Shown here: one piece after another, positions 60,842 to 64,000 of the stretch
Position numbering within the stretch: the stretch's first letter is position 1
Layout of the letters: each line of letters begins with the position of its first letter
Assembly: GCA_001599295.1 (NCBI GenBank)
Contig: BCGN01000001.1
Location: forward strand, 2,170,001-2,234,000
Source of the DNA: Sporopachydermia quercuum
Taxonomy: Eukaryota
DNA: 64,000 nucleotides
Reading direction: 5' to 3'
Program-made: the position numbers and the translations under genes
The notes under the pieces: model-generated
Told to the model about the DNA's origin: nothing
Databases searched by the model: none
The model's input: the letters and a program-made list of their open reading frames with translations, nothing else

Positions 60842-61367
60842 TGATTGGTTTGCTTGTTTTTGTAGCCCCAAATCCGATCGTATATAATTCTAGATTCCTC
60901 TATGATAAATAACTGCTTAAGTAAATCGTTCAGCTTAGAACAATTCAACCTAAGAAATATATTTTCAGAATCTCGTCTAGTATTCAAAACAGTTCCTACT
61001 ACTTTGGCTCAATAAACAATTCCTATTGCAAAGCGTAAACAGTAAAAGAGTGTGAATGACTTGTAAATCCNTTTCTAAGTTATGTGTGGTGGTTTTTACT
61101 TTAGACAGTGTACTTTCTTGCCAATCCGCACAGCGTTAATTTTCTCAGGCTTATATGAAAGACTTTTGAAAAGCTTGATTGGTACCAAAAATAAACGTCG
61201 CCTATGAATCTATCAATATAATTCTTTTGAACGATCGGATATTAGAATAAATAAAAAATAATTGAAGCTGCCATTTTTATTGTGAAGATATGTTTACTCA
61301 CTATTATTCTAGTTCATCAATTGGTTAGATTTTATTATGCGTGTAATTTTCATTATCGCTGATTGGC
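60842..61367. promoter_or_regulatory. CCAAT (Hap2/3/5-type) boxes upstream of NUBM
   Basis: TGATTGGT at 60842 and 61176, TGATTGGC at 61360, GCCAATC at about 61120. Confidence 0.45.
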
Positions 61368-62498
61368 TAAAAGATATGCTTCGATTATGTAATACTTTAA
61401 TTTGAGATTGAGAATATTGGAAATATGAGGGCGCTTCACGAGATTAGTAATTGAGAATGTGAGGAGATGTGATGTCACATATTGGAACAGGTAGAATGTT
61501 ATGTTGACTGGAAAGGAGCTTGTATGGCAAATAGCAAGAATACCAAAGAAGAAGACATGGAATTATTAAATTAGGAAGTATATGAGGTTATAAGACAGGG
61601 TGTACATTTGAGAGTCACGAGAAAGAAAGTGGCAGAGTCCTTGCAGTATTGTATATGTACACAGGGTACATTCTGTTACATTAGCTTTCCATTTCTGAAT
61701 ATTCCAACCCCAGCCTTTCTATCGAGGAAATGCAGATTTTTCCATTGTCAAGTCCACATAGAACTAATCGATTTCTCATTTTCACGGTTTAAATCACTTT
61801 TTATCTTATTTCTTCTTTGAAAGTATCCCAGTCCTAGTTAAACAATTCAAATCCGGAACCAGTTACCAATTTGAGTGTTTAGCGAGATCCATGTCCCATT
61901 CCAGTATAGTTATCCATATAGCCGCCTTTAGATTTATTGTCTTGCTCCTCTCATTCATGAAAATGGTTCCATTTCAAATGTTGTAAATGTCAACTGAGTA
62001 ACGTCTAAATTACAATTTAGAAAAATTATCCATAATTCACTCCGTTTGAAATATTTATTGATAGAATTATATCTGTCTGACTGTTTAACTGCAGATAGCA
62101 AGGATGACTCAATGTAAGGTCCAGACTGAGAAAGTTTATAGTCATATGCAACTTTATGCAACAACTTAAACCACTTCCTAATTCTTCATGTAGGGGTAAT
62201 GCATGCCAGGCGGCAGAATATCTCTAAAGGGTGAACTCTTATCTTCATAATAGTCTCAATCCAACCTTAAGAAAGCCTATCATATCATACCAGGAACTTT
62301 AAGTAGACTTAACAGCTGTATAAATACCTAGAATATCGCTTGTATTGTGACCTCTTTATAGCTTAAATTCATAACAGATACTGATATTTTAAGTAGATAG
62401 ATAGTCCGTTCTCTAACTTATAGTTTAAACACATAAATTCAACTGAAAGTACAAACAAAACAGTGTCTCTAAATCGAACAATTACAATACTTATCATA

Positions 62499-62725
62499 AT
62501 GGAACCCACAACTGCCCCAACTACTGCATCTGCTACTTCTTCTTCTACTTCCTCTGAAGGATCATGCTGTGGAAGCAGATGCCAGTGTGGAACCAATTGC
62601 TCTTGCTGTGCTCCTTCCTGCAACACTACTAAGTAAGTTAAATTGATTCTCTTAGCTCATCGCGTTCTACATTTAGAGTAGAGCTTTCGGGGTTTTTGAT
62701 ATACTAATATATATCTAGGTTGTAA
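62499..62725 (+). CDS. Small metallothionein-like protein (45 aa unspliced, ending 62636; 46 aa spliced, ending 62725)
   Basis: MEPTTAPTTASATSSSTSSEGSCCGSRCQCGTNCSCCAPSCNTTK: 8 Cys in CC, CxC and CxCC clusters, no aromatic residues; TATAAA at about 62318; good ATG context (ATAATGG). Putative intron 62633-62718. Confidence 0.8.
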
Positions 62726-63092
62726 ATATGACTATACAACATAAATTTGACTGGATCTTGGGAAGGGTATATAATATAAAGATGGGGAGCTAGCCTCTCA
62801 AATAATGAAATATCGATTAAATTTGCCAAAAGAGCTACCATGTAGTTTGTAGATGATCCCGAAGCAATGCTTCATGTTAAGCCAGCAAGAACATCATAAA
62901 GCTATTAATGATGTCAAACAAATTACTAATAATAATGGTAATACAAAAATTCCTATTGATTAGTTTTGATTTGTTTACTCAAACTATATACTATGGCAAA
63001 CCAGCCTATTTACGATCAGAAGTTCCACTTGTTCAATCATCAAAAACCTATTCCATTATTACCAAAGTGGTCTCAATATATAAAGTTGTTAT

Positions 63093-64000
63093 TTACAATT
63101 TGGCACGAGGAGACAATTGAAGCACAGCTTTTCTCAATCTAGCAGACAAATCATCATTAACCTTAGCAAACATTTCAAAACATTTGTCTTGTATTTCGGG
63201 TCTTGCTCCAGAAATACTTCCAGCCAAGTTCTTGATCAAGTTCTCCTGACCTTTAGGATATCTAGCCAATACATGCCAAAGATCATTTGGTTGCTTATAA
63301 TCACCATCAGGAACTGATGCCATCCAGTGGTAAGAAGTGGCAGCTCCAACCCACGTTTCATGTGATTCAGCAGTTTGCAAATCCTTCCTGAAAATAGTAG
63401 GAGTAGAATATGAAGCATAATAGTTTGGCTCAGCACCATAGTTACCATTAACAACCATCGCACCATCTCTTTGATAAGGATTCCAAACCTTATTTGGTGC
63501 ATTTACTGGAATTTGCTTGTAATTAACACCCAATCTATATCTTTGGGTATCAGGATAAGAAAACAAACGTGATTGTAAAACAGGATCAGCAGATGGTTCT
63601 TGACCTGGAACAGTATGAGAAGGAGAAAATGCTGCCTGTTCAACTTCAGCAAAATAGTTCTTTGGGTTTTCATTCAAAACAAGCTTACCAAATCTTCTCA
63701 ATGGGAAATCCTTGTGTGGCCAAACTTTGGTTAGATCAAAAACAGAGAATGGAAGCTTCTCCGCTTGTTCAGCAGTCATATACTGAAGATAGACGGTCCA
63801 TGAAGGATACTCTTTTCTTTCAATAGCTTCAAATAAATCTTGTTGAGCATGATCTGGATTTTCACCAGACAACTTAGTAGATTGAGTTTGATCCATGGTT
63901 TCAAAACCGAGATCAGAAATCAAGTGAACTTGAACGTAGTACCATTCACCTTTTTTGTTATACCACTTGTATGTATGACCGGAGTAACCATGCATATGTC
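63093..64000 (-). CDS. CTA1: Peroxisomal small-subunit catalase (3' part; 5' end lies beyond the window)
   Basis: MHGYSGHTY, FDLTKVWPH, NYFAEVEQAAFSP, heme-ligand motif RLFSYPDTQRYRLG; ends in PTS1 -AKL. Confidence 0.96.
   Translation of the reverse strand, partial: HMHGYSGHTYKWYNKKGEWYYVQVHLISDLGFETMDQTQSTKLSGENPDHAQQDLFEAIERKEYPSWTVYLQYMTAEQAEKLPFSVFDLTKVWPHKDFPLRRFGKLVLNENPKNYFAEVEQAAFSPSHTVPGQEPSADPVLQSRLFSYPDTQRYRLGVNYKQIPVNAPNKVWNPYQRDGAMVVNGNYGAEPNYYASYSTPTIFRKDLQTAESHETWVGAATSYHWMASVPDGDYKQPNDLWHVLARYPKGQENLIKNLAGSISGARPEIQDKCFEMFAKVNDDLSARLRKAVLQLSPRAKL

Noticed and set aside
62369..62626. 85-aa minus-strand ORF in the track
   Set aside because: Antisense shadow of the metallothionein, with a non-ATG start.

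Overview
Eukaryotic, AT-rich nuclear DNA from a budding yeast (Saccharomycotina-like) that keeps respiratory complex I, reads CUG as Leu (CTG at conserved Leu positions of IST1/FIP1) and has frequent short spliceosomal introns (GTAAGT/GTATGT...[T/C]ACTAAC...YAG). About 20 protein genes are present: complex I NDUFB10/NIDM (partial, missed by the ORF track), a SAM methyltransferase, CWH43, a bHLH factor, citrate synthase, FIP1, BUD4, a Grx6/7-like glutaredoxin, REB1-like, MCP2, a frameshifted RRM gene, IST1, TFC4, UFD1, an ArAE/FUSC membrane protein, a Zn2Cys6 factor, complex I PSST and 51-kDa subunits, a tiny metallothionein (missed by the ORF track) and peroxisomal catalase (partial). The main observations are: (1) the metallothionein stop codon overlaps a 5' splice site, and splicing of an 86-nt intron adds one Leu to give a PTS1-like -TKL end; (2) citrate synthase has both a mitochondrial presequence and -AKL, plus a 500-nt intron containing promoter-like motifs; (3) a decayed Ty3/gypsy gag-protease relic lies between the two complex I genes; (4) a +1 frame break splits the RRM gene; (5) a 6.5-kb ORF-poor region contains gene-like debris. 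All homology calls are from recognition of translated motifs; no database search was run.
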